Source of the DNA: an uncultured Nitrososphaeraceae archaeon
GTDB lineage: Archaea; Thermoproteota; Nitrososphaeria; Nitrososphaerales; Nitrososphaeraceae
Reading direction: 5' to 3'
Assembly: GCA_963765895.1 (NCBI GenBank)
Contig: CAVXZB010000064.1
Location: forward strand, 74,366 to 138,365
DNA: 64,000 bases
Under the pieces are notes generated by a model. It worked only from the letters and a program-made list of their open reading frames with translations. It made no database searches and had not been told where the DNA came from. Position 1 is the stretch's first letter, and every line of letters starts with the position of its first letter. Made by a program: the position numbers and the translations under genes. Of the stretch, positions 1 through 10,075 are shown in pieces.

Positions 1-1
1 T

Positions 2-502
2 TTGGAAGCTGCAAAGAAAGTTAATGCAGAAGGAGATTTAATTAGGTTGGCGCGATCAATTAATGATGACATGCCTAGGTATGCTGTGGAACGTGCAATG
101 GCGCTGTTAGGAAGGCACAGGAAACTCGGAAAGCATCCCTTGGTTATAACACTTCTCGGTCTAGCATTTCGAGGAAATGTTTCTGATACACGACTCTCTC
201 CAACATATTCCGTTATTAACGAACTGAAGAAGTATGATGTTTCAGAAATAAGGATCCATGATCCACTTGTGCAGCGGGATCCTATAGTAGAAAAAGAAGA
301 AAATGTTGTTCTCTATTCTGATATCAAGAAAGCAATGGCAGGTGCCGATCTAGTAATAGTTGTTGCCAACCACAGCGAATATCAAAGTCTAAATCCCGAT
401 GTTATAAGAAACGCAGTAGTCTATGACGGAAGACGAGTATTATCTGATAACTTCAAACATAATAAAAAAGTTCTGTATGAATCATTAGGTATGGGTTTGT
501 AA
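2..502 (+). CDS. Nucleotide-sugar (UDP-ManNAc/UDP-glucose family) dehydrogenase, C-terminal part; gene begins before the window
   Basis: LIRLARSIND, LLGLAFRGNVSDTRLSP, HDP and VYDGR motifs of the UDP-binding domain. Confidence 0.85.
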   Translation: MEAAKKVNAEGDLIRLARSINDDMPRYAVERAMALLGRHRKLGKHPLVITLLGLAFRGNVSDTRLSPTYSVINELKKYDVSEIRIHDPLVQRDPIVEKEENVVLYSDIKKAMAGADLVIVVANHSEYQSLNPDVIRNAVVYDGRRVLSDNFKHNKKVLYESLGMGL

Positions 503-631
503 AGCGATTCTTGGACAATCCTTATTGAAAAGGTTGATATATAAAAATTTGATAAAATAATGAAAGCGGACAAGGTAGATTCTTAACAGTAATGAAATTT
601 AATATATCTCTAAGAGAGAACAGATCCGCTA

Positions 632-1702
632 TTGAAATCAAAGAGTAACCAAGACTACGGTGGTCTAGTAACGATATCCTGGCAGGACAATTCGGTGATT
701 ATGATAGACCAGACAAGGCTTCCTAACAAACTTGTATATCGTAAGCTTCGAAATTACACTGAAGTAGCCGATGCTATAAAAAAGTTGAGAATAAGAGGTG
801 CTCCCGCGATAGGAGTAGCTGGTGCTATGGGACTTGCACTAGCATGCATAAAGAGCAGTTCGGCTAACAAAAACGGGCTAATTGTTGATTTACAACACGC
901 CTACGACATTTTACTGTCTACCCGTCCTACAGCCATTAATTTGTTTTGGGCCTTGGAGAGAATTATGAAAGTCGCAAGAAAAGGGAAAAGAGTCAAGGAA
1001 ATTCAGGATATTGTCGTTAGGGAGGTTATTAAAATGGCAGAGGAGGATATTTGGATAAACCGAAAAATGGGAAAAATAGGCTCAGGGTTATTTAAAAATG
1101 GTGAGACAGTCATGACACATTGTAACGCCGGATCATTAGCAACTGTAGGGTTTGGTACGGCTTTAGGCGTCATTAGGGCTGTCAAAGAGTCCGGTAAGAG
1201 TATAAACGTGGTCGCCACAGAGACAAGACCAGTTTTACAGGGTTCTCGATTAACGGCTTTTGAACTTCAACATGATGGTATAGATGTGACCCTGGTACCT
1301 GATACCGGCGTCGGTATCTTGATGGCAAAAGGTATAATAAAACGGATTATAGTAGGGGCTGATAGAATACTACGGACTGGCCATGTGTTCAATAAAGTAG
1401 GCACATATCAGATCGCTACCCTGGCTAGGGCGCATAAAGTCCCTTTTTATGTGGCTGCTCCTCTTTCAACATTTGATCTCAAAAGTCGAGTTGAAGACGT
1501 AGTAATAGAGGAAAGAGATTCAAAAGAGGTAACTACTATGGTGGGGAGAAGAATAGCTCCAAAAGGCATACGCATATTTAATCCCGCATTTGATGTGACT
1601 CCTCCACATTTGATTTCAACTATTGTAACTGAAAAAGGACTACTAAGGCAGCCCCTAAGTGAATCTATTCGTAATATATTCAAGTTACCGATGATCTCAT
1701 GA
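632..1702 (+). CDS. mtnA: S-methyl-5-thioribose-1-phosphate isomerase (eIF-2B family)
   Basis: IDQTRLP, IRGAPAIG, TRPTAINL, THCNAGSLAT, ETRPVLQGSRLT and NPAFDVTP motifs. Confidence 0.93.
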   Translation: MKSKSNQDYGGLVTISWQDNSVIMIDQTRLPNKLVYRKLRNYTEVADAIKKLRIRGAPAIGVAGAMGLALACIKSSSANKNGLIVDLQHAYDILLSTRPTAINLFWALERIMKVARKGKRVKEIQDIVVREVIKMAEEDIWINRKMGKIGSGLFKNGETVMTHCNAGSLATVGFGTALGVIRAVKESGKSINVVATETRPVLQGSRLTAFELQHDGIDVTLVPDTGVGILMAKGIIKRIIVGADRILRTGHVFNKVGTYQIATLARAHKVPFYVAAPLSTFDLKSRVEDVVIEERDSKEVTTMVGRRIAPKGIRIFNPAFDVTPPHLISTIVTEKGLLRQPLSESIRNIFKLPMIS

Positions 1703-2279
1703 TAGACTAGGAATTGCATTTTATACTTTCACTATCCAAAAACGATATGATATACAAGATTCAAGAGCCTTAGGTTGAGATTTTATATTCTTTATTACGA
1801 ATTGGCATCAAAATTAGAATGAGATATATAATATGGATTATGCCGTATGATAACAAAGGGGATTTAGATTGGGCTACCCGCGCAGAGGACTACATAAATC
1901 TATATGTTCAATATCGCATAGTATTTACGAATAAGAAGATCTCCATCCCAGCCCGAAGTTAGGCTGTGCCAATAAGATAAATTTTGTAAGAATAACAAAC
2001 AAAATCATTTATGTGCTCCATGGGCATAGAGATACCTAAAAAGGACATGAATATCATGGCAATTAATCAGATTCCTCGACGTTCTCCTAGCTATTTACAT
2101 AGATTTGTTTATTTGAGCCTTATTTGCATGCGGTTAGAGGATCATATTCATAATACATAATCGACTACATTAGTTCTATTATAATTCTCTGAAAGTACGA
2201 TTTGTAAAGAGCAGCCATTGCTCAAATTTAAAGGACTAACAATAAGTATTTATCGTATGTATGGTCAGGTACCCTAGGG

Positions 2280-2880
2280 ATGTCGTCTCAGATGGTTTCG
2301 GAGGGTCAAGTCTATGCAGCCCTAAGGAAATGTATGGATCCGGAAATTCCGGTGAATGTGGTTGACCTTGGTCTAATTTATGATGTTAAGGTTAAGCCCG
2401 AGAATACCGTAGATATTAAAATGACGATGACCACTAGGGGTCTGCCCTTTACATGATACCTTAGTCGGTGATGTAAAGAGGTATGTTGGTAAAGTTAATG
2501 GAGTTCAAAACGTCGACGTAGAAATAGTGTGGGATCCCCCATGGGATATAAACAAAATGGATCCGAACGTGCGAGAAAAGATGGGATTTGGCAAGCCAAA
2601 ATTGCGATTTCAGGTTGATTATGAGACCTATATGCCTGTCAAAATAGGAAGTTCGACGTCAGAGAAGGATGGATCTCTGATCTTATTAAATGACAAAAAT
2701 CAGGGGTTTATGGTAAATCAGGCTATTGTAGAATTCTGGAACTCGTGCGACGGAACGAAAACCGTCAATCAGCTCGCAGATCACTTCGCTTCGAAATTAG
2801 GCATGCCCAGACAGCAAGTTGAACAAGAAGTTGTACAGCTAATACAACAGCTTTTGGAATCTGAATTACTTAAACCTTAA
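2280..2880 (+). CDS. DUF59/SufT-like Fe-S assembly domain fused to a PqqD-like domain; one frameshift near 2440
   Basis: ATG at 2280 reads MSSQ...DPEIPVNVVDLGLIY...MTMTTRG; after a one-base shift it reads CPLHD...VEIVWDPPW and continues into ORF 2527-2880 (VNQAIVEFWNSCDGTKTVNQLAD...LLESELL, PqqD-like). Confidence 0.8.
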
Positions 2881-2917
2881 CTTCTAATTCACCAGCTGTT
2901 TATACTATAGCGAATTC

Positions 2918-3535
2918 ATGAAGCAGAATTTACGCAAGATTCAACTTGCTGAAAAAGTTATTGTGGAACTGGGTATGGGAGATGGGCAAGTTTTGCAAAG
3001 ATTAGTTGAAGAATACTCCGGAGATCGAACTGTAGCTTATGTGGGTATCGAGAAAGATAAAATTTTAGCCCAACAGGCTCGGATGCGTGTGAAGTCACAA
3101 AACGTCTTGATAATAAACTCAATGTTTGAACAGATCTTGATTCTATTTTGTGACCAATGCATAGATTTAGTGGTCATGGTGTTGCCGGATCCAGACTATA
3201 TTGATCCTATTCATCATGAAAAATGGAGTCCATTTTATGGACAGATAATACGTTCAAAACTAAAGGACTCGGGAGTCCTTAAAGTAGTAACGGAAATTAT
3301 TAGTGATTTACTAGAACCCGTGTCAGATGCTACCTATTCAACACAGGTCAATTGGCTGATTGACGCGTTTTTCAACTTGGGCTTCAGTTTACTCACCAAG
3401 AAAGATGGCCCACCAGTTGGTTATGTCAGTTTCTATTTGGATAAATTTGGAGCCGATCCACAGCGGATTCGCATAGTCACACTGGATTTCGTGAAACTTA
3501 AAAAAAGTTCCCTCCCAACTAATGTTGTCGAATAA
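2918..3535 (+). CDS. Class I SAM-dependent methyltransferase, TrmB-like
   Basis: VELGMGDG motif I, GIEKD, LPDP and LKDSGVLKVVTE resemble the TrmB pattern. Confidence 0.6.
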   Translation: MKQNLRKIQLAEKVIVELGMGDGQVLQRLVEEYSGDRTVAYVGIEKDKILAQQARMRVKSQNVLIINSMFEQILILFCDQCIDLVVMVLPDPDYIDPIHHEKWSPFYGQIIRSKLKDSGVLKVVTEIISDLLEPVSDATYSTQVNWLIDAFFNLGFSLLTKKDGPPVGYVSFYLDKFGADPQRIRIVTLDFVKLKKSSLPTNVVE

Positions 3536-3617
3536 CTATAAGCAGTTCTCCGATTATACATCTACCGTATTTCCATAGTTATGGATGATGACTTCATAGG
3601 ATCAAATCCGTAGGAAA

Positions 3618-4769
3618 TCAGATTGTGGTCGCCAATCCTTTACAGATTAGATACACGGCAGCGTAGGTCGGAAGCTTCTCTTTCCTATGACTTGCAGTAA
3701 ATGTATGCCCTCCAAGCTTGAATTTGAGATTCGAAGGTTTCACATAAACCTGTACTTCAGTATCGCTTAATAAACAAGCATCATTTAATGGGTCGAATTT
3801 ATTGAGATCCACACAACGAAGTTTGGATAAACCACTCTTGCCATTCAAAGTTCCGCCATGTCTGAATATTCTATGTATATCGATAGTGACCTGTGGATCT
3901 ATTTTTATTCCGATCTCCTTTGCGTACTCTCTAATGTACTTGCGAAATTCTTCGTATCCGCCTAACTTATTAATGAGGTTTGTCAGCTTCGACAATGATG
4001 ATCGATCTATTCGAAGTTTTCTCGCTAATCGCAAGCTCCAACCATACCTGAACCCTATTTTAGAAAATTTGATGCTGACTTTGTTGTTTGGCCCCTTTCG
4101 TACACCGATCACCTCTGGTCCAATTCCATTTCCAAGTATGTAACCTACTAGATCAGATCTGGCACGAGAGTCAAGATGATGAAAGCAAGCATCATAGATG
4201 TACAGATGAAATCCGCTATTTCCAGAAAAGTACACAGAAATACTCTCGTTCTCTAATCCAATTTCGTCAGTCAGAATAGTAATCAGTTTTTTTACTTCAT
4301 TCCTTAAGCTGATGAAACAATTGCTACAAGGAATCGATTCGACTCGAACAGTCGAGTTCTTGCAGAGAGGGCATGGTCCATCTGTGCTATCTTTCATTTC
4401 ACCGCAATTAGCACACAAATGATAACGATGGGTAACATCGCATGATAGTCCCAGGTCTTTTGCATCTATATCAAAAATAAGGTCGGCACCCTTCCATCCT
4501 TTGTCTTGCATTGAATTAGTAGGGAAATTGTAATATGCATTTGAACAATAAAAATCGGATGGGGTGTTTCTAATTAATGTTGCATAAACTTCCCTGATAT
4601 TACTGAATGATAGGTGTCTCGTCATACCTGTTTGAAACGTCATGAGTCCAAATTCTCTTTCATTAATTCTGGAAGGTGTTTCAACTAGATCATTATGTTT
4701 AAAATAATATTCTCTAAATGCATTTCGAACAAACAATAAGTCGCTTGTTGAATTCCTTAAGTTACTCAT
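3618..4769 (-). CDS. priS: DNA primase small (catalytic) subunit with Zn-ribbon insertion
   Basis: REFG, SNAYY, DLIFDIDAKD, FSGNSGFH, IDPQVTIDIHRIFR motifs; adjacent to priL. Confidence 0.93.
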   Translation of the reverse strand: MSNLRNSTSDLLFVRNAFREYYFKHNDLVETPSRINEREFGLMTFQTGMTRHLSFSNIREVYATLIRNTPSDFYCSNAYYNFPTNSMQDKGWKGADLIFDIDAKDLGLSCDVTHRYHLCANCGEMKDSTDGPCPLCKNSTVRVESIPCSNCFISLRNEVKKLITILTDEIGLENESISVYFSGNSGFHLYIYDACFHHLDSRARSDLVGYILGNGIGPEVIGVRKGPNNKVSIKFSKIGFRYGWSLRLARKLRIDRSSLSKLTNLINKLGGYEEFRKYIREYAKEIGIKIDPQVTIDIHRIFRHGGTLNGKSGLSKLRCVDLNKFDPLNDACLLSDTEVQVYVKPSNLKFKLGGHTFTASHRKEKLPTYAAVYLICKGLATTI

Positions 4770-4785
4770 ATCGATTTCGTTACTA

Positions 4786-5799
4786 TTATTCTGGCCTACG
4801 CCTAAATTTCAATGGATTTATTATTTCCCCGCAATCTGAAGTACGAAAGCATAGATCTTCACTATTTAACTTACTGCAAGACGGAACGTTATATCGAGTT
4901 TGGCCTCCCTTAAGCCCTGCCAAATGCTCAATTTGGTATCGAGTTATTTTCTCATTGAAATCAGGTGCAGGATGAAATAGAGTCACGATCGAATCAATAC
5001 TCTTGCCTATCGATAGCATGTATGTGGCCACCATGAGTCTTGCGGTATGAGGCAGATTCTCGCCCTTAGACATTAGATCAAGAGCATGCTTTATACACGG
5101 TGGATAATCTGAAATTCTAGGTAGTTTGTATTCAAAAGTCGGTCTAAACTTGAGCGCCAGATCGTTTGCTTTCTGTACCATTGGTTGTGGAACATTTGAT
5201 AATGACATTGCTCTAATTTTTTCATATATGAAATTGCTAAGTTCATTTCTTACTAGCCTCACTATTTCCTCCGCATCAAGGTAAACGTATCCGCCATGCA
5301 CGGTCTTATTTACTACTTTCCATCCCTCTTCGTGAAAGTGAGAAGACCTTACCAGGTAATCCGTTACTTTCATTTTGAATACTTGAGCGTTTTCTGGATC
5401 AATGTCCACTTCGACTTTAAACAGTTCCTTAAAAATTTCAAATAAGAGCAACTGCTTCTTTCTCTCGTCTCTCTCGGAACGCAAGTCCTGAATTAGAAAA
5501 GCCTCCGCTCTCATAGCTTCAAATAAGGAATGCTTTTTGAAGATTTGTTCTACCTTAGTTAACTTAACTAGTATAAGCGCGCTCAAAAACGTTAAAACTT
5601 CCACTTCGTGCCTTTCAAGATTTTTATAAATCTTCCCTTGCATTTCAACCTCCACCCTAACTGCAGCCCTATCAATGATGTACTCCATTTCCGGTCTGTT
5701 AAATTCATCAACATCGAGATGACTCTCAGCCAGAAATTTTGAAGCTTCATTAAGAAATGGGTATTTCGCAAAATCGGCAGTTCCTAGTTTCAATGGCAA
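4786..5799 (-). CDS. priL: DNA primase large subunit
   Basis: AKYPFL, YPPCIKH, GENLPHTAR, PDFNEKITRYQIEH and PSCSKL...C...C Fe-S ligands. Confidence 0.93.
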   Translation of the reverse strand: MPLKLGTADFAKYPFLNEASKFLAESHLDVDEFNRPEMEYIIDRAAVRVEVEMQGKIYKNLERHEVEVLTFLSALILVKLTKVEQIFKKHSLFEAMRAEAFLIQDLRSERDERKKQLLLFEIFKELFKVEVDIDPENAQVFKMKVTDYLVRSSHFHEEGWKVVNKTVHGGYVYLDAEEIVRLVRNELSNFIYEKIRAMSLSNVPQPMVQKANDLALKFRPTFEYKLPRISDYPPCIKHALDLMSKGENLPHTARLMVATYMLSIGKSIDSIVTLFHPAPDFNEKITRYQIEHLAGLKGGQTRYNVPSCSKLNSEDLCFRTSDCGEIINPLKFRRRPE

Positions 5800-5885
5800 T
5801 AGTATTTATAATATTATGTCTAACCGAAATAAAAAGGCCATCCTTACAATATATTAAATTGGATGCTGATTTAACATTGATTATT

Positions 5886-6767
5886 TTGGCAGGAGACCTC
5901 GGATTTCATGTATCCATTGCGGGAGGAATTGCAAATTCCGTAGATAATGCAAAAAAGATAGGATGTACAGCTTTTCAAATATTTACTCGCAACCCTAGAG
6001 GTTGGAGCGGTAAAGAGCTAGATCCAGACGACGTGAGAAGCTTTCGCAAGAGGCTACATGAGAGCAAGATAAATCCAGATTCAGTAGCTGTTCACATGCC
6101 ATATCTTCCGAACTTATCTGCTCCAGACGGGGCAGGATACGAAAAATCAGTAGAGACTCTTTGCTCAGAACTAGTTCGATGCGCCATATTACAGGTACCG
6201 TACTTGATTATCCATCTCGGAAGCCACCTCGGAAAGGGTTCTGCTAATGGGATCAGTCAGCTAGTTAGGGCTTGTAACAATAGCATCGAAAAATCAAAAT
6301 CAACCATTAAGTCGAATAAGAACGTAAAAAATGTGAAAATTTTACTTGAGAACAGTGCTGGACAGTCAAATTCTGTAGGTGCAACTTTTAAAGAACTTGG
6401 CCACATAATAGAAATGCTTGATGGCAAACAAAGATTCGGAGTTTGCTTTGACACTTGTCACTCTTTCGCGGCTGGTTATGATTTAAGGAATAAAGCCGAG
6501 GTAGACAAAACGATAGAAGATTTTGATGACAAAGTTGGCTTGAAATATCTAAACCTTATTCATCTTAATGACTCAGTTAATGATATTGGATCTGGACTAG
6601 ATCGCCACGAGCACGTCGGCCTGGGTAAGATCGGAAAGGAGGGTTTTCGTGCTATACTTTTACATAGCGCAATAAGGAAACTCCCCATAATAATGGAAAC
6701 GCCCATAGACGGAAGACGAGGAAATATCGAAAATTATCACTATGTAAAGCATTTGCTCGAGATGTAA
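5886..6767 (+). CDS. nfo: Endonuclease IV (AP endonuclease family 2); start likely TTG 5886 rather than 5757
   Basis: GFHVSIAGG, FQIFTRNPRGW, HMPYLPNL, LLENSAG, CFDTCH, HLNDS, DRHEHVG and METP motifs. Confidence 0.92.
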   Translation: MAGDLGFHVSIAGGIANSVDNAKKIGCTAFQIFTRNPRGWSGKELDPDDVRSFRKRLHESKINPDSVAVHMPYLPNLSAPDGAGYEKSVETLCSELVRCAILQVPYLIIHLGSHLGKGSANGISQLVRACNNSIEKSKSTIKSNKNVKNVKILLENSAGQSNSVGATFKELGHIIEMLDGKQRFGVCFDTCHSFAAGYDLRNKAEVDKTIEDFDDKVGLKYLNLIHLNDSVNDIGSGLDRHEHVGLGKIGKEGFRAILLHSAIRKLPIIMETPIDGRRGNIENYHYVKHLLEM

Positions 6768-7004
6768 TATCTTAATTTGGTTCACGGATTACTTCTATCA
6801 ATGGGGTAAAGAAGGTTGGAAGAAAGCATCGAGCTAAACTGAATTTCTACATGCATTAACGAGGTTATATACGATTCATCATTTAACGAGCTTGGTTTGT
6901 CTTGGTTTAATATATGCCGCCGTTGCAGGTATAAATGGAGTTATATAAATTTGAAAAGCAAGAAGGAATAGACTTAAAACCCCTATTATGAGGTTGATGA
7001 CATC

Positions 7005-8478
7005 ATGAGCGAATACGACCAGATTATGAAGCTCGCTTTGGAGCGGGGCTTTTACTTCCCAAGTTGTGAAATTTATTCAGATGCTCTTGCAGGCTTTTGG
7101 GACTACGGACCAATAGGTTTGAGAATGAAGAATAAATTCATTGATCTCTGGCGAAGAGAACTCGTTAGGAGGGATGGGATGTGGGAGATAGATGGGTCAC
7201 AGATCATGAGTAAAAAAGTCTTTATTGCCTCTGGACACCTGGGAAACTTCACCGATCCAGTTGTAAAATGTACAAAATGCAATTCCACGTTTAGAGCCGA
7301 TAGATTTGTTTCCGAAAAAACTGGTATCTATATTCCGGAAAGAGCTTCTAATGATGAAATTGATACTATCATTAGAAAGCATTCTATTAATTGTCCAAGG
7401 TGCAAGGGCGAATTAGGACCTACTAATAGATTTAATATGATGTTCAAAGTTGAAGTTGGTCCGTCGGCTGACGAAGCCTATCTTAGGCCTGAAACCTGTC
7501 AATCAATATTTGTAGACTTCCCACGAATTTTCAAAGTCATGCGCGGGAGATTACCTATTGCTGTTGCCCAGATAGGCAAGAGTTTTAGGAATGAAATTGC
7601 CCCACGACAAAGTCTACTGAGACTACGAGAATTCTATCAGGCCGAGATTGAAGTGTTCTGCAATCCCGAAAGACTAAACGAGGTACCACAGTATGACGAA
7701 GTCAAAGGTACTACTTTAAATATTTTCGACGGAGGATCATCTCAAGAAGTAACAGTTCAGGAAGCAGTTGATAGAGGCGTTTTACCTAACACACTTATCG
7801 CATATTACCTTGCAATACTTAGTCAATTTTATTCCAAGACTGGAATAGACATGAGGAGAACTCGTTTCCGAAAGCTCTCTGATACTGAGAAGGCATTTTA
7901 TGCCACTATCGCATTTGACTTTGAAGTAGAAACCAGTCTAGGCTGGCTAGAACTTGTTGCTTGCAATTATAGATCTGACTATGATCTCAGCGGTCATGGG
8001 GCAACAAGTAAAGAAAACCTCGAAGTCATTGATCCATCAAGCCAGTCGAAGATATTACCCCATATTTTCGAACTCTCGATGGGAATTGATAGAAGTCTAT
8101 ATGCTATCTTAGAACATTCCTATCATGAAGACTATGAGCATGATGATAGAGTGGTTTTAAGACTAAAACCATACTTGGCACCAATAACCGTAGGTGTGTT
8201 ACCACTAATGACCAAGGATGGCATAGGAGATAAAGCTCGCAACATTTATGCCGCGATACGAAAGGAATTTGATGCCTTTATAGATGAATCAGGATCTATT
8301 GGCAGGAGATATAGACGATTAGAAGAAATTGGAGTAACCATTCGCGATAACAATAGATAAAACCTCTATGGTCGATGAGACTGTAACTATTAGAAATAGA
8401 GATACTATGAAGCAAGAAAGGATAAGAATTTCTGAAATAAACCCCGTTTTAGCAAAAGCAGTTTATCATTATGAATGA
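7005..8478 (+). CDS. glyS: Glycyl-tRNA synthetase (archaeal/eukaryotic type); frameshift near 8337
   Basis: DYGP, YLRPETCQ, GKSFRNEI, LREFYQAEIE and GSIGRRYRR motifs; the shifted frame continues PFAITID...VTIRNRDTMKQ to TGA 8478. Confidence 0.92.
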
Positions 8479-8835
8479 AACTTTCGAACATACGTAAGGT
8501 GGATCAATTCGTGAATCGGATCGTTAACAAAATATCACTAGCCTAGATTGATAGTAAAATTGCGTTTGTATTACGGAGCTATACACTGTGGGCTATCATA
8601 ATATTTCAAACCTTAGATCTTTATTAGTTCGAATTTTGAACGCACATTCCTATCGATACTTTTACGCATAACTTTGCCGTCTATCCAGTAATTTTTTTGT
8701 AAGGACCGGTAACTGATTTGAACCGAAATTTTGATAGTTGACAGTCCAAAATTTAATGTTAAGATAATCCATATTAATGACGGAATCTCAAAACAACAAT
8801 ATTTATTTAGCATAACAAGCCTTGAAAAGACATAT

Positions 8836-9678
8836 ATGGTAGTTGACAATAGAGGAATAATTTCGTATATCCGGGTTCTTAAGGAAGACCTGACTATCTA
8901 TAAAATTAATCCTTCTGATGGTCCTGTTCCAGATTTTAAGGCAGGCCAGTTTGTAACTATAGGTCTTCATATTCCAAAGGAAGGAAAAATAATCAGAAGG
9001 GCATATTCTATAGCGTCTCCTCCGGAACAGAAGAAGTATTTTGAATTGATAATTAGATGGGTTAGAAAGCCACTTCCGGGTCGCTTAACAACTGAGCTAT
9101 TTAATATTACTGAAGGTGACGAGGTTTTATGGGTTAAACCCACTGGTATATTTACTATAAATCATAAGAAGCATGATGGAATGGATGATAACAGGAGGAT
9201 GGTACTCATTGGGGGAGGAACTGGACTAGCACCTTTTATCTCCTATTCACTTCATCTCAAAGCAATACGAAGCAAACGGGAAATAATAGTCCTACATGGT
9301 GCTAGTTATGTCGACGAGTTAAGCTATCGTGAGCTTCTATCTGATTTGGAAAGTGAAAGCCTCGATCTAGGACCGAACGCCTGGAACTTCCGATATAGAG
9401 CAAGCATCAGTAGACCACAAGAGTGGTTTAATAGAACCTGGAGCGGGCAGAAAGGTAGGGTTGAGTCGTTCCTTAGGCCCAAACCTGGTACTGATCGATC
9501 GCCGCTTGAAGAACTGGTCGGTGAAAAAATAACACCGGAGAATACTTCTTTTTATGTGTGCGGCTGGCAAGGAACGGTCGATGGTGCATTGGACTATTTA
9601 ATACCTAAAGGATTCGTAACTGAGCGCCAAAAAAGAAAGGACGGTAGTTATGAAGTGAAATTTGAATCGTACGGTTAA
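8836..9678 (+). CDS. fpr: Ferredoxin/flavodoxin-NADP+ reductase
   Basis: FKAGQF, RRAYSIAS, GRLT, GGGTGLAPF, YVCGW and C-terminal FESYG; likely start ATG 8836. Confidence 0.88.
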   Translation: MVVDNRGIISYIRVLKEDLTIYKINPSDGPVPDFKAGQFVTIGLHIPKEGKIIRRAYSIASPPEQKKYFELIIRWVRKPLPGRLTTELFNITEGDEVLWVKPTGIFTINHKKHDGMDDNRRMVLIGGGTGLAPFISYSLHLKAIRSKREIIVLHGASYVDELSYRELLSDLESESLDLGPNAWNFRYRASISRPQEWFNRTWSGQKGRVESFLRPKPGTDRSPLEELVGEKITPENTSFYVCGWQGTVDGALDYLIPKGFVTERQKRKDGSYEVKFESYG

Positions 9679-9722
9679 CTTACCTTAAGCCTTATATCAG
9701 AGAAATAAGAGAAAGAACGTGT

Positions 9723-10058
9723 ATGAAATTTGAATTTGAAGAATTCTCAACCATAGAGGATGTGTTCCTTTATCTTGTATCTGTTGCACCTTATATGAAG
9801 CAAATAATGCCGGTCAGTTCCTACAAGGGTTATGTATTTTCGATTATTCCACTTAGCCCATTGACGGGCGATCTTTTGATGATGGTATATACGAAAGGAT
9901 CTCTGGAGCCAGGTATGATCGAGTTCGATGTAGCAAGCAAAAAGTTTAAGTCCGTAAGTTCCCTGGAACGAGCGGACAAGAACTATTTCATCATTTTAAG
10001 ACCTAAGGCTGCTACAGTTGCCGACCAAGCAATTGCATTCTTAGAATCAAAACAATAG
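9723..10058 (+). CDS. Hypothetical protein
   Basis: Clean 111-aa ATG ORF following fpr; protein-like composition. Confidence 0.6.
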   Translation: MKFEFEEFSTIEDVFLYLVSVAPYMKQIMPVSSYKGYVFSIIPLSPLTGDLLMMVYTKGSLEPGMIEFDVASKKFKSVSSLERADKNYFIILRPKAATVADQAIAFLESKQ

Positions 10059-10075
10059 AAAAGCGCGACCTCATC

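Noticed and set aside
5757-5885. N-terminal 43 codons of the nfo ORF
   Set aside because: They overlap the divergent priL start and precede the conserved GxHxS motif, so the true start is later.
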